Source: an uncultured Actinomycetota bacterium (GTDB lineage: Bacteria > Actinomycetota > Actinomycetes > JAHEKZ01). Taken from it: a stretch of DNA of 64,000 nucleotides. The first letter of the stretch is position 1. Every line of letters begins with the position of its first letter. The stretch spans positions 1,568,001 through 1,632,000 of the forward strand of contig CAVQYR010000001.1 in the NCBI GenBank assembly GCA_963718235.1, in the 5' to 3' direction. The position numbers were made by a program, and so were the translations under genes. The notes below the pieces were generated by a model. That model was not told where the DNA came from. It ran no database searches and saw only the letters and a list, made by a program, of their open reading frames with translations. Below are positions 16,280 to 26,510 of the stretch, one piece after another.

Positions 16280-17851
16280 ATGGATCCGATCGCCGGAGAC
16301 GGGGTGGATCTCACGGCTCCGCCGGTGGCACTGGGGCACGTGATGCAGTCGGTGGGACTGGGCGATGGGCCCGACGTCATGGTCACCGGCGTCACCTTGG
16401 ACTCGCGGGCCGTGGAGCGCGGCATGCTCTTCGCGGCGCTGCCCGGCGCCCACCAGCACGGCGCGGCGTTCGCGGCCGAGGCTGCCGCGGCGGGCGCAGC
16501 GGCGATCCTCACCGACCGGGCCGGGGCCGCCCTGGTGGTCGACGCCGTCCCCGTCGTCGTCGTCGAGGACCCGCGTGCGGTGCTCGGTGCCCTGTCGGCC
16601 GCCGTGTACGGCTCCCCGGCCGACCACCTGCTCACCCTCGGGGTCACGGGGACCAACGGCAAGACGACGACCACCTGGCTGATCGAGGCGGCACTGCGGC
16701 AGGCCGGGCACGTGACCGGCCTCGTGGGGACGGTGGAGACCCAGGTGGCCGGCGTACCGCTGCCGAGTCTTCGCACGACCCCGGAGGCGCCGCAGCTGCA
16801 GGCGCTTCTGGCCACCATGCGTCGTTTCGCCGTCTCGGCCGTTGCGCTGGAGATCTCCAGCCACGCCCTGGCCGCCGGGAGGGTCGACGGGCTGACCGTC
16901 GACGTCGCCGGCTTCACCAACCTCGGCCGGGACCATCTGGACTTCCACGGGACCCCGCAGGCCTACGCGGCGGCCAAGCAGCTCCTGCTCACCCCCGACC
17001 ATGCCAGGCGGGCCGTCGTGACCGTCGACGACGAGGGCGGCCAGCGGGCGGCAGCCGGGTCGTCGGTCCCGACGACCACCCTGACCACGCACGACCCGGA
17101 GGGCTCCGACCGGCCCGGGTCGGGACCCACGACCCGATCGGGGGGGACCGACTGGAGGGTCACGAACGTGCTCGACCTCGGTCCTGCCCCCGGTTCCCGG
17201 TTCTCCCTGGCCGGACCCGACGACCGAACCCTCCAGCTGACGGTGAGACTCCCGGGTCGGTTCAACGTGGCGAACGCCGCGCTGGCCGCGGCCATGCTGC
17301 TGACCGCGGAGGTGCCGGAGGGCGCCGTCGTCGAAGGCATCGCCGGCTGCCGCGGGGTGCCCGGACGGATGGAGCCGGTGGACCGCGGGCAGCCGTTCAC
17401 CGCGGTCGTCGACTACGCCCACACGCCGGACGCCCTGGCTGCGGTGCTGGCCGGAGTCCGACGACCAGGGTCGGCCCGGGTGCTGCTGGTCGTGGGCTGC
17501 GGGGGAGACCGCGACGCGGCCAAACGCCCGGAGATGGGTGCCGTGGCCGCCCGTCGGGCCGACTGGGTGGTCGTGACCGACGACAACCCCCGCTCAGAGG
17601 ACCCGGCGTCGATCCGCGCGGCCGTGCTGGCCGGTGCCCGGGCCGCCGCGACCTCGGCCACCGTCATCGAGATCGGCGACCGTGCCTCGGCGATCGCCGC
17701 AGCCGTCGAGGAGGCCAGGGCCGGCGACACCGTGGTGGTCGCGGGCAAGGGGCATGAGCAGGGTCAGGAGGTCGCGGGTGCGATGCTGCCCTTCGACGAC
17801 CGCACGGCCCTGTCGGCCGCGCTCGAGGCCCGAGGGGTGGAATCCCGTTGA
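16280..17851 (+). CDS. murE: UDP-MurNAc-dipeptide--DAP ligase
   Basis: GVTGTNGKTT, TTPEA, DHLDFH, DYAHTPD, DNPR (DAP-type), AGKGHE. Confidence 0.95.
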   Translation: MDPIAGDGVDLTAPPVALGHVMQSVGLGDGPDVMVTGVTLDSRAVERGMLFAALPGAHQHGAAFAAEAAAAGAAAILTDRAGAALVVDAVPVVVVEDPRAVLGALSAAVYGSPADHLLTLGVTGTNGKTTTTWLIEAALRQAGHVTGLVGTVETQVAGVPLPSLRTTPEAPQLQALLATMRRFAVSAVALEISSHALAAGRVDGLTVDVAGFTNLGRDHLDFHGTPQAYAAAKQLLLTPDHARRAVVTVDDEGGQRAAAGSSVPTTTLTTHDPEGSDRPGSGPTTRSGGTDWRVTNVLDLGPAPGSRFSLAGPDDRTLQLTVRLPGRFNVANAALAAAMLLTAEVPEGAVVEGIAGCRGVPGRMEPVDRGQPFTAVVDYAHTPDALAAVLAGVRRPGSARVLLVVGCGGDRDAAKRPEMGAVAARRADWVVVTDDNPRSEDPASIRAAVLAGARAAATSATVIEIGDRASAIAAAVEEARAGDTVVVAGKGHEQGQEVAGAMLPFDDRTALSAALEARGVESR

Positions 17852-19239
17852 TCGCCATGACGCTGGGCGAGGTCGCGGCCGCCGTGGAGGGTCGCCTCGG
17901 TGGCGGCGCGGTGCCCGCCACGGTGGTGTCCGGCTCGGTCGCCGCGGACTCGCGCCGGATTGGTCCCGGGGACCTGTTCGTGGCGCTGTCCGGTCAGCAG
18001 GTCGACGGTCACGACTTCGCCCGCGACGCCGTCGGGTCGGGGGCCGTCGCTGTTCTCGCCGACCGTGAGCTGCTCGTCCCCTGCGTCGTCGTCGAGGACG
18101 TCCTGGCCGCGCTCGGGCGTCTCGCGCGCGCCGTTCTCGACCGGTTGCCCGACGTGGTCGTGATCGGCATCACCGGGTCGGCCGGGAAGACGTCGACGAA
18201 GGACCTGCTCGCCCAGGTTCTGCAGGGCCACGGACCCACCATCGCGCCGCCCGGTTCGTTCAACAACGAGCTGGGGCTCCCGCTCACCGTGCTCCGCGCC
18301 GACGGGAGCACCCGCTTCCTGGTCCTGGAGATGGGGGCCCGTGGCGCCCGACACATCTCCTACCTGTGCGACATCGCGCCGCCCTCCATCGGCGTCGAGC
18401 TGCTCGTCGGGTCGGCTCATGTGGGGGAGTTCGGTGGGCGTGCGGCGATCGCGGCGGCGAAGGCCGAGCTCGTCCAGGCGCTGCCCGCCGGCGGGGTGGC
18501 CGCGCTCAACGTCGACGACGACGCCGTCAAGGCGATGGCGTCACTGACCGAGGCGACGGTCGTCGGGTTCGGCCGGTCGCCGGAGGCACAGGTCGGCGCC
18601 GACCGGGTGGGCAGCGACGGCATGGGACGGGCAACCTTCCGGCTGCGTACTCCAGCCGGTGCGGCAGAGGTCCGGCTGCGTCTGGTGGGCGAGCATCACG
18701 TCACGAACGCGCTGGCTGCTGCGGCGGTGGCCTGGAGCCTGGGGATCAGCGCCGAGGACACGGCCCAGGCATTGAGCGCTGCGGTGCCGCTGAGCCGATG
18801 GCGGATGGAGGTGACGAGGCGCACCGACGGTGTCGTCGTCGTCAACGATGCCTACAACGCGAGTCCGGAGTCGGTGCGGGCGGCGCTGAAGACGTTGGCC
18901 CAGCTGCGTGGCGACGGTCGTACGTGGGCCGTGCTGGGTGAGATGAGGGAGCTGGGCACGGACTCGCTCGGCGAGCACGACGCGATCGGCCGCCTCGTCG
19001 TGCGACTCGACATCTCCCGCCTGGTCGTGGTCGGTGAGGCGGCCAAGCCGATCCACCTCGCCGCGCAGATGGAGGGGTCGTGGGGTGAGGAGTCAGTCTT
19101 CGTCGACGACGTCCAGGGTGCGATCGACCTCCTGCGTCGGGAGCTTCGCCCCGGTGACGTGGTGCTCGTCAAGGCCGCCCGCGCAGTTGGCCTGGAACGG
19201 GTGGCCGAGGCGCTGCTCGACGAAGGAGCGGCCGCATGA
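17848..19239 (+). CDS. murF: UDP-MurNAc-tripeptide--D-Ala-D-Ala ligase
   Basis: ITGSAGKTSTK, SFNNELGLP, NDAYNASPES, LGEMRELG. Confidence 0.95.
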   Translation: MIAMTLGEVAAAVEGRLGGGAVPATVVSGSVAADSRRIGPGDLFVALSGQQVDGHDFARDAVGSGAVAVLADRELLVPCVVVEDVLAALGRLARAVLDRLPDVVVIGITGSAGKTSTKDLLAQVLQGHGPTIAPPGSFNNELGLPLTVLRADGSTRFLVLEMGARGARHISYLCDIAPPSIGVELLVGSAHVGEFGGRAAIAAAKAELVQALPAGGVAALNVDDDAVKAMASLTEATVVGFGRSPEAQVGADRVGSDGMGRATFRLRTPAGAAEVRLRLVGEHHVTNALAAAAVAWSLGISAEDTAQALSAAVPLSRWRMEVTRRTDGVVVVNDAYNASPESVRAALKTLAQLRGDGRTWAVLGEMRELGTDSLGEHDAIGRLVVRLDISRLVVVGEAAKPIHLAAQMEGSWGEESVFVDDVQGAIDLLRRELRPGDVVLVKAARAVGLERVAEALLDEGAAA

Positions 19240-20318
19240 AGATGGTGATGGTCGCCATCGCGACCGGGTTGGCGGTCGGGCTGTTCGTCACGCCCTTGTG
19301 GATCCGATGGCTGAACGCGCGAGGCTACGCACAGAGCATCCGGGACGCCGAGGACCTCGGCTACGCGGTGCCGGACCACGCGGCGAAGAAGGGCACCCCG
19401 TCGATGGGGGGAGTCGTCATCGTGGGAGGTGCGATCCTCGGTTACACCGTGGCCCACGTGTACGCGATGAGCGGACCCAGCGCCACCGCCCTGCTCGTGA
19501 TCTTCCTGGCCACCGGACTTGCGGCAGTCGGTTTCGCCGACGACTACATCAAGATCTTCCGAAGGCGCTCGACCGGGCTGCGGGCCAAGACCAAGCTGAT
19601 CGGCCAGGCGGCGGTCGCACTGACCTTCGCCGTGCTGGTGCTCCGCTTCCCCGACACCTCGGGGCTCACTCCTGCCACCCAGTACGTGTCGTTCCTGAGG
19701 GACACGGCGATCTTCTTGCCCATGGTGGTGTACCTCGTCTGGATCTGGTTCATGGTCTCGGCGACGTCCAACGCGGTGAACATCACCGACGGGCTCGACG
19801 GACTGGCGCCAGGGGCCAGCTCCCTCATCTTCGTGGCGTACACCGCTGTGGGGCTCTGGCAGTACGGGAACACATGCATCCGGTTCGAGACCGCGAGCTG
19901 CTACCTGGTACGCAACCCCCTGGATGTCGCGATCGTCAGCGCGGCGTTCGCCGGCGCGTGCGTCGGCTTCCTGTGGTGGAACACCTCACCGGCTCAGATC
20001 TTCATGGGAGACACCGGATCCCTCGCGATCGGTGGCGCCCTGGCTGGCATCGCGATCACCAGCCAGACCGAGCTGCTGCTGCCACTCCTGGCGGGGTTGT
20101 TCGTGGTCATCACGCTGTCGGTGATCGTGCAGGTCATCTCCTTCAAGACCACCGGCAAGCGGGTCTTCCTGATGTCCCCGCTGCACCACCACTTCGAGCT
20201 GAAGGGCTGGCCGGAGACCACCATTGTCGTGCGCTTCTGGATCATCTCGGCGCTGTTCACGGGGATCGGGTTCGCCCTGTTCTATGCCGACTGGCTCGGA
20301 GTGCGCTGGTTCGCGTGA
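19236..20318 (+). CDS. mraY: Phospho-MurNAc-pentapeptide transferase
   Basis: KKGTPSMGG, DDYIK, NAVNITDGLDGL, FMGDTGS, PLHHHFE. Confidence 0.96.
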   Translation: MKMVMVAIATGLAVGLFVTPLWIRWLNARGYAQSIRDAEDLGYAVPDHAAKKGTPSMGGVVIVGGAILGYTVAHVYAMSGPSATALLVIFLATGLAAVGFADDYIKIFRRRSTGLRAKTKLIGQAAVALTFAVLVLRFPDTSGLTPATQYVSFLRDTAIFLPMVVYLVWIWFMVSATSNAVNITDGLDGLAPGASSLIFVAYTAVGLWQYGNTCIRFETASCYLVRNPLDVAIVSAAFAGACVGFLWWNTSPAQIFMGDTGSLAIGGALAGIAITSQTELLLPLLAGLFVVITLSVIVQVISFKTTGKRVFLMSPLHHHFELKGWPETTIVVRFWIISALFTGIGFALFYADWLGVRWFA

Positions 20319-20345
20319 CCTCCCAAGCTGTGGCCCGGTGAGCAG

Positions 20346-21800
20346 ATGAGGGACCTCTCATGGCTGCCCACAGCCGACCGGACCAGTCCGTGGCCGTCGG
20401 CACGGGTGCTCGTTGCGGGGGCGGGTCGCTCCGGTGAGGCTGCGGCGCGCGCGCTGGTGACGCTCGGTGCCGAGGTGCTCGTCGTCGACGACGGCACCGG
20501 CGAGCGCCAGCAGCAGGTGGCGCGACAGCTGGAGGACCTCGGCGCGGCCGTGCTGCTGGCCGCCGGTCCGCCGAACCTGTCCGACCTGGATCTCGTCGTG
20601 GCCTCACCTGGTCTCTCGCCACGGAACCCGTTGCTCGTCCAGGCGCAGGCATCCGGCGTCCGGGTCTGGAGCGGGGAGCGGCTGGCCTGGCACGTGCGCC
20701 CCGAAGGGTCCGCCTGGCTGGCGCTGACCGGGACCAACGGGAAGACGACGACGGTGATGATGCTGGAGTCGATGCTGCTGGCCTCAGGTGAACGGGCTGC
20801 GGCGGTTGGGAACATCGGGCGCCCGCTGGTCGAGGCCGTGATGGCCGAGCCGGGGTACTCGGTGCTGGCGGTCGAGCTGTCCAGCTTCCAGCTGCACTAC
20901 ACGGCCGATCTTCAGACCGAGGCGGCCGCGCTGCTCAACCTCGGCGTCGACCATGTGGACTGGCACGGGTCCTACGCGGCCTACGTGCGTGACAAGGCGC
21001 GGATCTTCACCGGAGCGCAGCGGGCCGTCGTCTACAACGCCGGTGATGGCGAGACCGAGCGACTGGCCGACGCCGCGGAGGTCGCCAGCGGCTGTCGAAG
21101 GGTGGGCTTCACCACGGATGTCCCGGCGGCGGGCATGGTCGGCGTGGTCGACGGGGTGGTCGTCGATCGTGCGTTCGGCGTCGACCCGCAGGTCGAACCG
21201 GTCGAGCCCGTCGAGCTGGCCGCGCTGCAGGACATCGACCTACCGGGGGCCCACAACCTGGAGAACGCTCTGGCAGCAGCCTCGCTGGCGCGGGCGCACG
21301 GTGTCCGGCCGGCCGCCGTCCGCGACGGTCTGCGTGGGTTCCGTCCGGCCCCCCACCGGGCGCAGTGGGTGGCCACGCGACGCGGTGTCTCCTACGTGGA
21401 CGACTCCAAGGCCACCAACGTCGATGCGGCGCTCGTCTCGCTCCAGGCTCATCGTTCCGTGGTCTGGGTCGCCGGCGGTCTGGCCAAGGGGGCGACCTTC
21501 GACGACCTCGTGCGCCGGACGTCGGACCGGCTGCGTGGGGCCGTGCTGGTCGGACAGGACCGCGCGCTCGTCAGGGACGCACTGAGCCGACACGCGCCAC
21601 AGGTCCCCGTGATCGAGGTCGTCGGCGGCGAGACTGGTCTCATGGACGACGTCGTGAGCGCCGCCGCGAGCCTGGCCGTGCCCGGCGACACGGTGCTGCT
21701 CGCCCCTGGCTGCGCCTCCATGGACCTGTTCCCCGACTACGCGGCCCGCGGCGATGCCTTCGCCGCGTCGGTGCGCCGCATGCCCGAGGGCGAACGGTGA
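20346..21800 (+). CDS. murD: UDP-MurNAc-L-Ala--D-Glu ligase
   Basis: TGTNGKTT, ELSSFQL, DDSKATN, LAPGCASMD. Confidence 0.95.
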   Translation: MRDLSWLPTADRTSPWPSARVLVAGAGRSGEAAARALVTLGAEVLVVDDGTGERQQQVARQLEDLGAAVLLAAGPPNLSDLDLVVASPGLSPRNPLLVQAQASGVRVWSGERLAWHVRPEGSAWLALTGTNGKTTTVMMLESMLLASGERAAAVGNIGRPLVEAVMAEPGYSVLAVELSSFQLHYTADLQTEAAALLNLGVDHVDWHGSYAAYVRDKARIFTGAQRAVVYNAGDGETERLADAAEVASGCRRVGFTTDVPAAGMVGVVDGVVVDRAFGVDPQVEPVEPVELAALQDIDLPGAHNLENALAAASLARAHGVRPAAVRDGLRGFRPAPHRAQWVATRRGVSYVDDSKATNVDAALVSLQAHRSVVWVAGGLAKGATFDDLVRRTSDRLRGAVLVGQDRALVRDALSRHAPQVPVIEVVGGETGLMDDVVSAAASLAVPGDTVLLAPGCASMDLFPDYAARGDAFAASVRRMPEGER

Positions 21801-23050
21801 GCCGCACGACGTCCGCGCGCGACATCCACACCCGTCGGGCCGAAGGACTGGGCGGCCTTCGGGACCGGGTCATGTACGTCGTGGAACGGCCGCTGACGCC
21901 GTACTACCTCGTCCTGGGCTCGACCGTGCTGCTGGTGATGCTCGGGCTCGTGATGGTGATGTCTGCCTCCAGCGTCGAGTCCTTCGTCGACAGCGGGTCG
22001 TCCTTCGCGATCGCGCAGAAGCAGGCGCTGTGGGTCGTCATCGGCATCCCGCTGTTCGTCGTCGCCACCCGGATGCCCGTGAAGTTCTGGCGGTCTCTGG
22101 CCATCCCCGGCCTGCTCGTCACGATCGTCTTGCTCGTCCTGGTGCTGGTCCCCGGGATCGGGGTCAGCGTGAACGGCAACCAGAACTGGATCGACTTCGG
22201 TGGGCCCTTCCGGATCCAGCCGGCGGAGGCGGCCAAGCTCGCCCTGGTTCTGTGGGGTGCCGACCTGCTCACCCGCAAGCAGCGTCTGCTGACCCAGACC
22301 CGGCACCTGCTGGTGCCGCTGGTCCCGGTCTCGGCGATGGTCGTGGCTCTGGTGCTTCTCGGGGGAGACCTCGGTACGTCGCTGATCCTGATGGCCGTCG
22401 TAGCCGGACTGCTCTTCGTCTCGGGCGCGCCACTGCGCATCTTCGTGGCACTCGGCAGCGCCGCCATGGTCGTGGTGCTCTACATGACGTTCGAGCGAAG
22501 CGCGCGGCTGTCGCGGCTCCAGACGTTCCTGGACCCGTTCGCCGACTACCAGGGTGCCGGTTGGCAGCCGGCCCACAGCCTGTTCGCCTTGGCCTCGGGT
22601 GGCTGGTGGGGCGTCGGGCTCGGGGCGAGTCGGCAGAAGTGGGGCACGCTCCCGGAGGCCCACACCGACTTCATCTTCGCGATCATCGGTGAGGAGCTCG
22701 GGCTCGCCGGCACGATCACCGTCCTGCTTCTGTTCGCGGCGATGCTGTTCGGCGCGGTGCGGATCGCCCTGACCACTACCGACACCTTCACCCGCTACGC
22801 CGCCGGCACGGTCGTGGTGTGGCTGGCCGTGCAGACGATCATCAACGTCGGTGGGGTCGTCAACCTGCTGCCGATCACGGGGGTGCCGCTGCCTCTCGTC
22901 TCCTACGGGGGTTCAGCCCTGCTCCCGACCATGCTGGCTCTGGGCATGCTCCTGTCGTTCGCCCGCAGTCTTCCGGGCGCCCGGGAGGCCCTCGCGGCCC
23001 GCCGCCACGGTTGGATCGTCGGGCTCGCCCGACGAGGCCGTGGACGATGA
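21797..23050 (+). CDS. ftsW: SEDS peptidoglycan polymerase FtsW
   Basis: GLVMVMSAS, IQPAEAAK, PEAHTDFIFAIIGEELG, TGVPLPLVSYGGS; GTGA overlap with murD. Confidence 0.95.
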   Translation: MSRTTSARDIHTRRAEGLGGLRDRVMYVVERPLTPYYLVLGSTVLLVMLGLVMVMSASSVESFVDSGSSFAIAQKQALWVVIGIPLFVVATRMPVKFWRSLAIPGLLVTIVLLVLVLVPGIGVSVNGNQNWIDFGGPFRIQPAEAAKLALVLWGADLLTRKQRLLTQTRHLLVPLVPVSAMVVALVLLGGDLGTSLILMAVVAGLLFVSGAPLRIFVALGSAAMVVVLYMTFERSARLSRLQTFLDPFADYQGAGWQPAHSLFALASGGWWGVGLGASRQKWGTLPEAHTDFIFAIIGEELGLAGTITVLLLFAAMLFGAVRIALTTTDTFTRYAAGTVVVWLAVQTIINVGGVVNLLPITGVPLPLVSYGGSALLPTMLALGMLLSFARSLPGAREALAARRHGWIVGLARRGRGR

Positions 23051-24186
23051 GCCCGACGGCTGCCGCCGGACCACGCAGCGTGGTCCTGGCCGCCGGTGGC
23101 ACGGCGGGGCATCTCGAGCCGGCCCTCGCCGTTGCTGACGAGCTGCGACGTCGGGACCAGGCGGTCGTCGTGACGGTGCTCGGGACGACCAAGGGGCTGG
23201 AGGCCCGCCTGGTGCCGGCCCGCGGGTACGACCTGCGACTGATCGAGCCCGTCCCGCTGCCGCGTCGTCCCGGTCGCGCGATGCTGACCCTGCCCGTGCG
23301 CCTGGCGAAGGCGGTTCGAGGGGCGCAACAGGTGATCACGTCGACCGGCGCCGATGTGGTGGTGGGCTTCGGTGGGTACGCCTCGCTCCCGGCCTACCTG
23401 GCTGCGCGCCGGCTCGGTCGACCGATCGTGGTCCACGAGGCCAACGCGCGGTCCGGGATCGCCAACCGGGTCGGTGCCCGGCTCACCCGGTATGTCGCGG
23501 TGAGCATGCCGGGCACCGGGCTGCCGCACGCCCGCATGGTGGGCACACCGCTCAAACCGGAGATCGCCACGCTCGACCGGGACGCCGTTCGGCTGGACGC
23601 CCGCCGAGCGCTGGGGCTGGATGCGACCCGCCCGACGTTGCTGGTGTTCGGCGGGTCACAGGGAGCACAGCGGATCAACGACGCCGTGTCCGGCGCCGCT
23701 CGTGACCTGCTCGACGCTGGATGCCAGGTGCTCCACGCCGCAGGGCCCGAGAACACGCTGGTCGTCGACGTCCGGCCCGGTGACCCGCCGTACGTGGTCG
23801 TCCCCTACCTGGACCGGATGGACCTCGCCTACGCCGCAGCCGACCTGGTGCTTGCTCGATCAGGGGCGATGACCTGCACCGAGGTGGCGGCGGTTGGTCT
23901 TCCCGCTGTGTTCGTCCCCTACCCGTTCAGCAACGGAGAGCAGGAGCTGAACGCCGCGCCTCTCGTCGAACGTGGCGGTGCCCTGCTCGTCGACGACGCC
24001 GCGTTGACCCCGGCGTGGCTGGGCGACCACGTGCTGACGCTGCTCACCGACCGGGCCCGACTGCACGCCATGGCGGCCGCCGCCGCGACCTCGGCCCCCG
24101 CCGACGCCGCCGGGCTGCTGGTCGACCTGATCGACGAGGCCGCCGCCGATCCAGCTGCAGGCGCGCAGGTACGACATGGGCGCTGA
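23047..24186 (+). CDS. murG: Lipid II GlcNAc transferase
   Basis: GGTAGH, GFGGYAS, HEAN, FGGSQGA, RSGAMT. Confidence 0.95.
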   Translation: MSPTAAAGPRSVVLAAGGTAGHLEPALAVADELRRRDQAVVVTVLGTTKGLEARLVPARGYDLRLIEPVPLPRRPGRAMLTLPVRLAKAVRGAQQVITSTGADVVVGFGGYASLPAYLAARRLGRPIVVHEANARSGIANRVGARLTRYVAVSMPGTGLPHARMVGTPLKPEIATLDRDAVRLDARRALGLDATRPTLLVFGGSQGAQRINDAVSGAARDLLDAGCQVLHAAGPENTLVVDVRPGDPPYVVVPYLDRMDLAYAAADLVLARSGAMTCTEVAAVGLPAVFVPYPFSNGEQELNAAPLVERGGALLVDDAALTPAWLGDHVLTLLTDRARLHAMAAAAATSAPADAAGLLVDLIDEAAADPAAGAQVRHGR

Positions 24187-25576
24187 CCGACTTCCCGAGC
24201 TCGGCCGGGTCCATGTCATCGGGATCGGAGGTGCGGGCATGTCGGCGCTGGGCCGGCTGTTCGCCGCCCGCGGTGTCGAGCTGTCCGGAAGCGAGCTGCG
24301 TGACTCACGGGTGCTCGCCCCCCTGCGTGCACTGGGTGTCGCGATCCACCTCGAGCAGACCGCCACGTCACTGGGCGACGTCGACACGGTCGTGGTGTCG
24401 ACGGCGATTCCGGCGCGCAACCCAGAGCTCGTCGCTGCGCACGAGCGCGGAATCCCGGTGCTCCATCGGGCGCAGGCCCTCGCCTACGCGATGGCCGGTC
24501 ACGCGGCCGTCGTGGTAGCGGGCACGCACGGCAAGACGACCACGACCTCGATGCTCGCGGTGGTACTCCAGCACTGCGGGTCGGACCCGTCGTTCTACAT
24601 CGGAGCGCAGATGAACGAGACCGGGACGAATGCCCACGCCGGCAGCGGTCCGTACTTCCTCGCCGAGGCCGACGAGAGCGACGGGTCGTTCCTGGCGCTC
24701 GCGCCCGACGTCGCGGTGGTCACGAATGTCGAGGCCGACCATCTGGACTACTACGGAACGGCCGAGGGTGTCGAGGCGGCCTTTCGGTCGTTCGTCGACC
24801 GGACCGCCGTGGAGGGGACTGTCGTCTGCTGCGCCGACGACCCCGGAGCCGTCCGACTGGCGGACTACGCACGGACGCTGGGTCGGGAGGTGGTCACCTA
24901 CGGTGAGGACCCCTCGGCGGACCTGCGGGTCGAGGCCCTGTCCGTGGCGGTCGGCGGTACCTCGTTCGAAGCGGTCTTCCGCGGCCGCAGGCTCGGCACG
25001 GTGAACCTGCGCGTGCACGGTCTGCACCACGCACTCAACGCCGGCGCGGCTCTGCTGACCTCGCTCACGTTGGGCTTCCCTCCGCGCGAGATCTGCGAAG
25101 GCCTCGGCCTGTACACCGGTGCTCGTCGGCGGTTCGAGTTCAAGGGTGCGGCGGGTGGGATCAGCGTCTACGACGACTACGCCCACCACCACACCGAGCT
25201 TCGGGCCACGCTCACCGCTGCCCGGCAGCTCGTCGGTGACGGGCGGCTCGTGGTCGCCTTCCAGCCGTTGCGGTTCTCCCGCACCGCGGTCTTCCACCAA
25301 GAGCTGGGGGAGGCGCTCGGGCTGGCCGACGACGTGGTGGTGATGGAGGTGTTCGGCAGCAACGAGTCGCCGATCCCTGGGGCCACGGGGGCACTCGTCG
25401 CGGCCTCGGTTCCGCTGCCCGCTGAGCACGTGCACTTCGAGCCCTCCCTGTCCGCGGTCGCGACCTGGCTCGCCGATCGGGCCCGCCCGGGCGACCTGGT
25501 GCTGACGCTGGGCGACGGTGAGGTGACCATGCTGGGGCCCGAGGTCGTCGAGGTGCTGAGGGCGAGGGCGTCATGA
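24176..25576 (+). CDS. murC: UDP-MurNAc--L-Ala ligase
   Basis: GIGGAGMS, GTHGKTTT, EADESDGSF, DDYAHH. Confidence 0.95.
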   Translation: MGADRLPELGRVHVIGIGGAGMSALGRLFAARGVELSGSELRDSRVLAPLRALGVAIHLEQTATSLGDVDTVVVSTAIPARNPELVAAHERGIPVLHRAQALAYAMAGHAAVVVAGTHGKTTTTSMLAVVLQHCGSDPSFYIGAQMNETGTNAHAGSGPYFLAEADESDGSFLALAPDVAVVTNVEADHLDYYGTAEGVEAAFRSFVDRTAVEGTVVCCADDPGAVRLADYARTLGREVVTYGEDPSADLRVEALSVAVGGTSFEAVFRGRRLGTVNLRVHGLHHALNAGAALLTSLTLGFPPREICEGLGLYTGARRRFEFKGAAGGISVYDDYAHHHTELRATLTAARQLVGDGRLVVAFQPLRFSRTAVFHQELGEALGLADDVVVMEVFGSNESPIPGATGALVAASVPLPAEHVHFEPSLSAVATWLADRARPGDLVLTLGDGEVTMLGPEVVEVLRARAS

Positions 25577-26307
25577 CGTCGTTGCTGACCAAGCTGGAGG
25601 CGCCCGCATCGGCCGCCCGGAGGTTGCGCCACCACCGGTGGTGGCCACTTCTCGCGGGGGCCGCGCTGCTCGTGGTCGTGCTCATCCTGGCCTGGGTCGT
25701 CTTCTGGTCGCCTTTGCTCGTCGTGCGACAGGTGGTGGTCGACGGCTCGTCCACGGTGGCGACCGATCGGGTCCTGCGCGTCGCCGGTCTGAGCGAGGGG
25801 ATGCCGCTCGCCCAGGTCGACACCGGGGCCATCCAACGACGGCTCACCGCGCTGGACGAGATCGCCTCGGTGGATGTCACGCGGTCGTGGTCAGGCACGG
25901 TCACGGTGCAGGTCCACGAGACCAAGCCGATCGCCGCGATGCGCGACCGCGACGGGTTCGTCCTCGTCGCAGCGGACGGAACGTGGCTGCGCAACGTCCC
26001 GCAGCGTCCGGACGTTCTTCCGCTGGTCGACCACGGCGCGTCCGACCTCGAGCTCGACCCGTCGGGCCGGGCGGCCCTGGCCGTGGCCACCGCGTTCCCG
26101 ACGGACCTGCGCCGTCTGGTCGACCGGGTGTTCGCCTCGTCGGCCAGTGACGTGACCGTGCTGCTGCGCAACGGCACGAGGGTGACCTGGGGGAGGGCGG
26201 ACGACTCCGCGACCAAGGCGCAGACGGTGCTGCTGCTCCTGGCCAGCGAGAAGGGTGCGTCGTCCTACGACGTCGCGGCGCCGAGCAACCCGGGAGTCGT
26301 GCGCTGA
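25573..26307 (+). CDS. ftsQ: Cell division protein FtsQ/DivIB
   Basis: TM helix plus POTRA-like region; lies between murC and ftsZ. Confidence 0.88.
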   Translation: MTSLLTKLEAPASAARRLRHHRWWPLLAGAALLVVVLILAWVVFWSPLLVVRQVVVDGSSTVATDRVLRVAGLSEGMPLAQVDTGAIQRRLTALDEIASVDVTRSWSGTVTVQVHETKPIAAMRDRDGFVLVAADGTWLRNVPQRPDVLPLVDHGASDLELDPSGRAALAVATAFPTDLRRLVDRVFASSASDVTVLLRNGTRVTWGRADDSATKAQTVLLLLASEKGASSYDVAAPSNPGVVR

Positions 26308-26326
26308 CTCGGCCGACTGGTCCGGG

Positions 26327-26410
26327 TTGACCCCTCTCGGCGCGGTGTCCTACTGTGCACCCAGCCCTCAGGTTGACATAACTATTTACCTCTACCTGAG
26401 AGTGAGAGTT
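26327..26410 (+). promoter_or_regulatory. ftsZ promoter region with an AT-richer candidate operator
   Basis: TTGACC(26327)-N18-TACTGT(26351); second TTGACA at 26373 followed by AACTATTTACCTCTACCTGAGAGTGAGAGTT. Confidence 0.55.
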
Positions 26411-26446
26411 CCTGCTGGCGCGACACCCCGGGCGGGAGTCGCCGAG

Positions 26447-26485
26447 CCAGTCCTGAGCACCAGTCCTGAACACCAGTCGTGAACC
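26447..26485 (+). repeat. 13-bp tandem repeat x3 in the ftsZ leader
   Basis: ccagtcctgagca / ccagtcctgaaca / ccagtcgtgaacc. Confidence 0.8.
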
Positions 26486-26510
26486 CGCACAGACGAGAAG
26501 AGGCGTCCCC

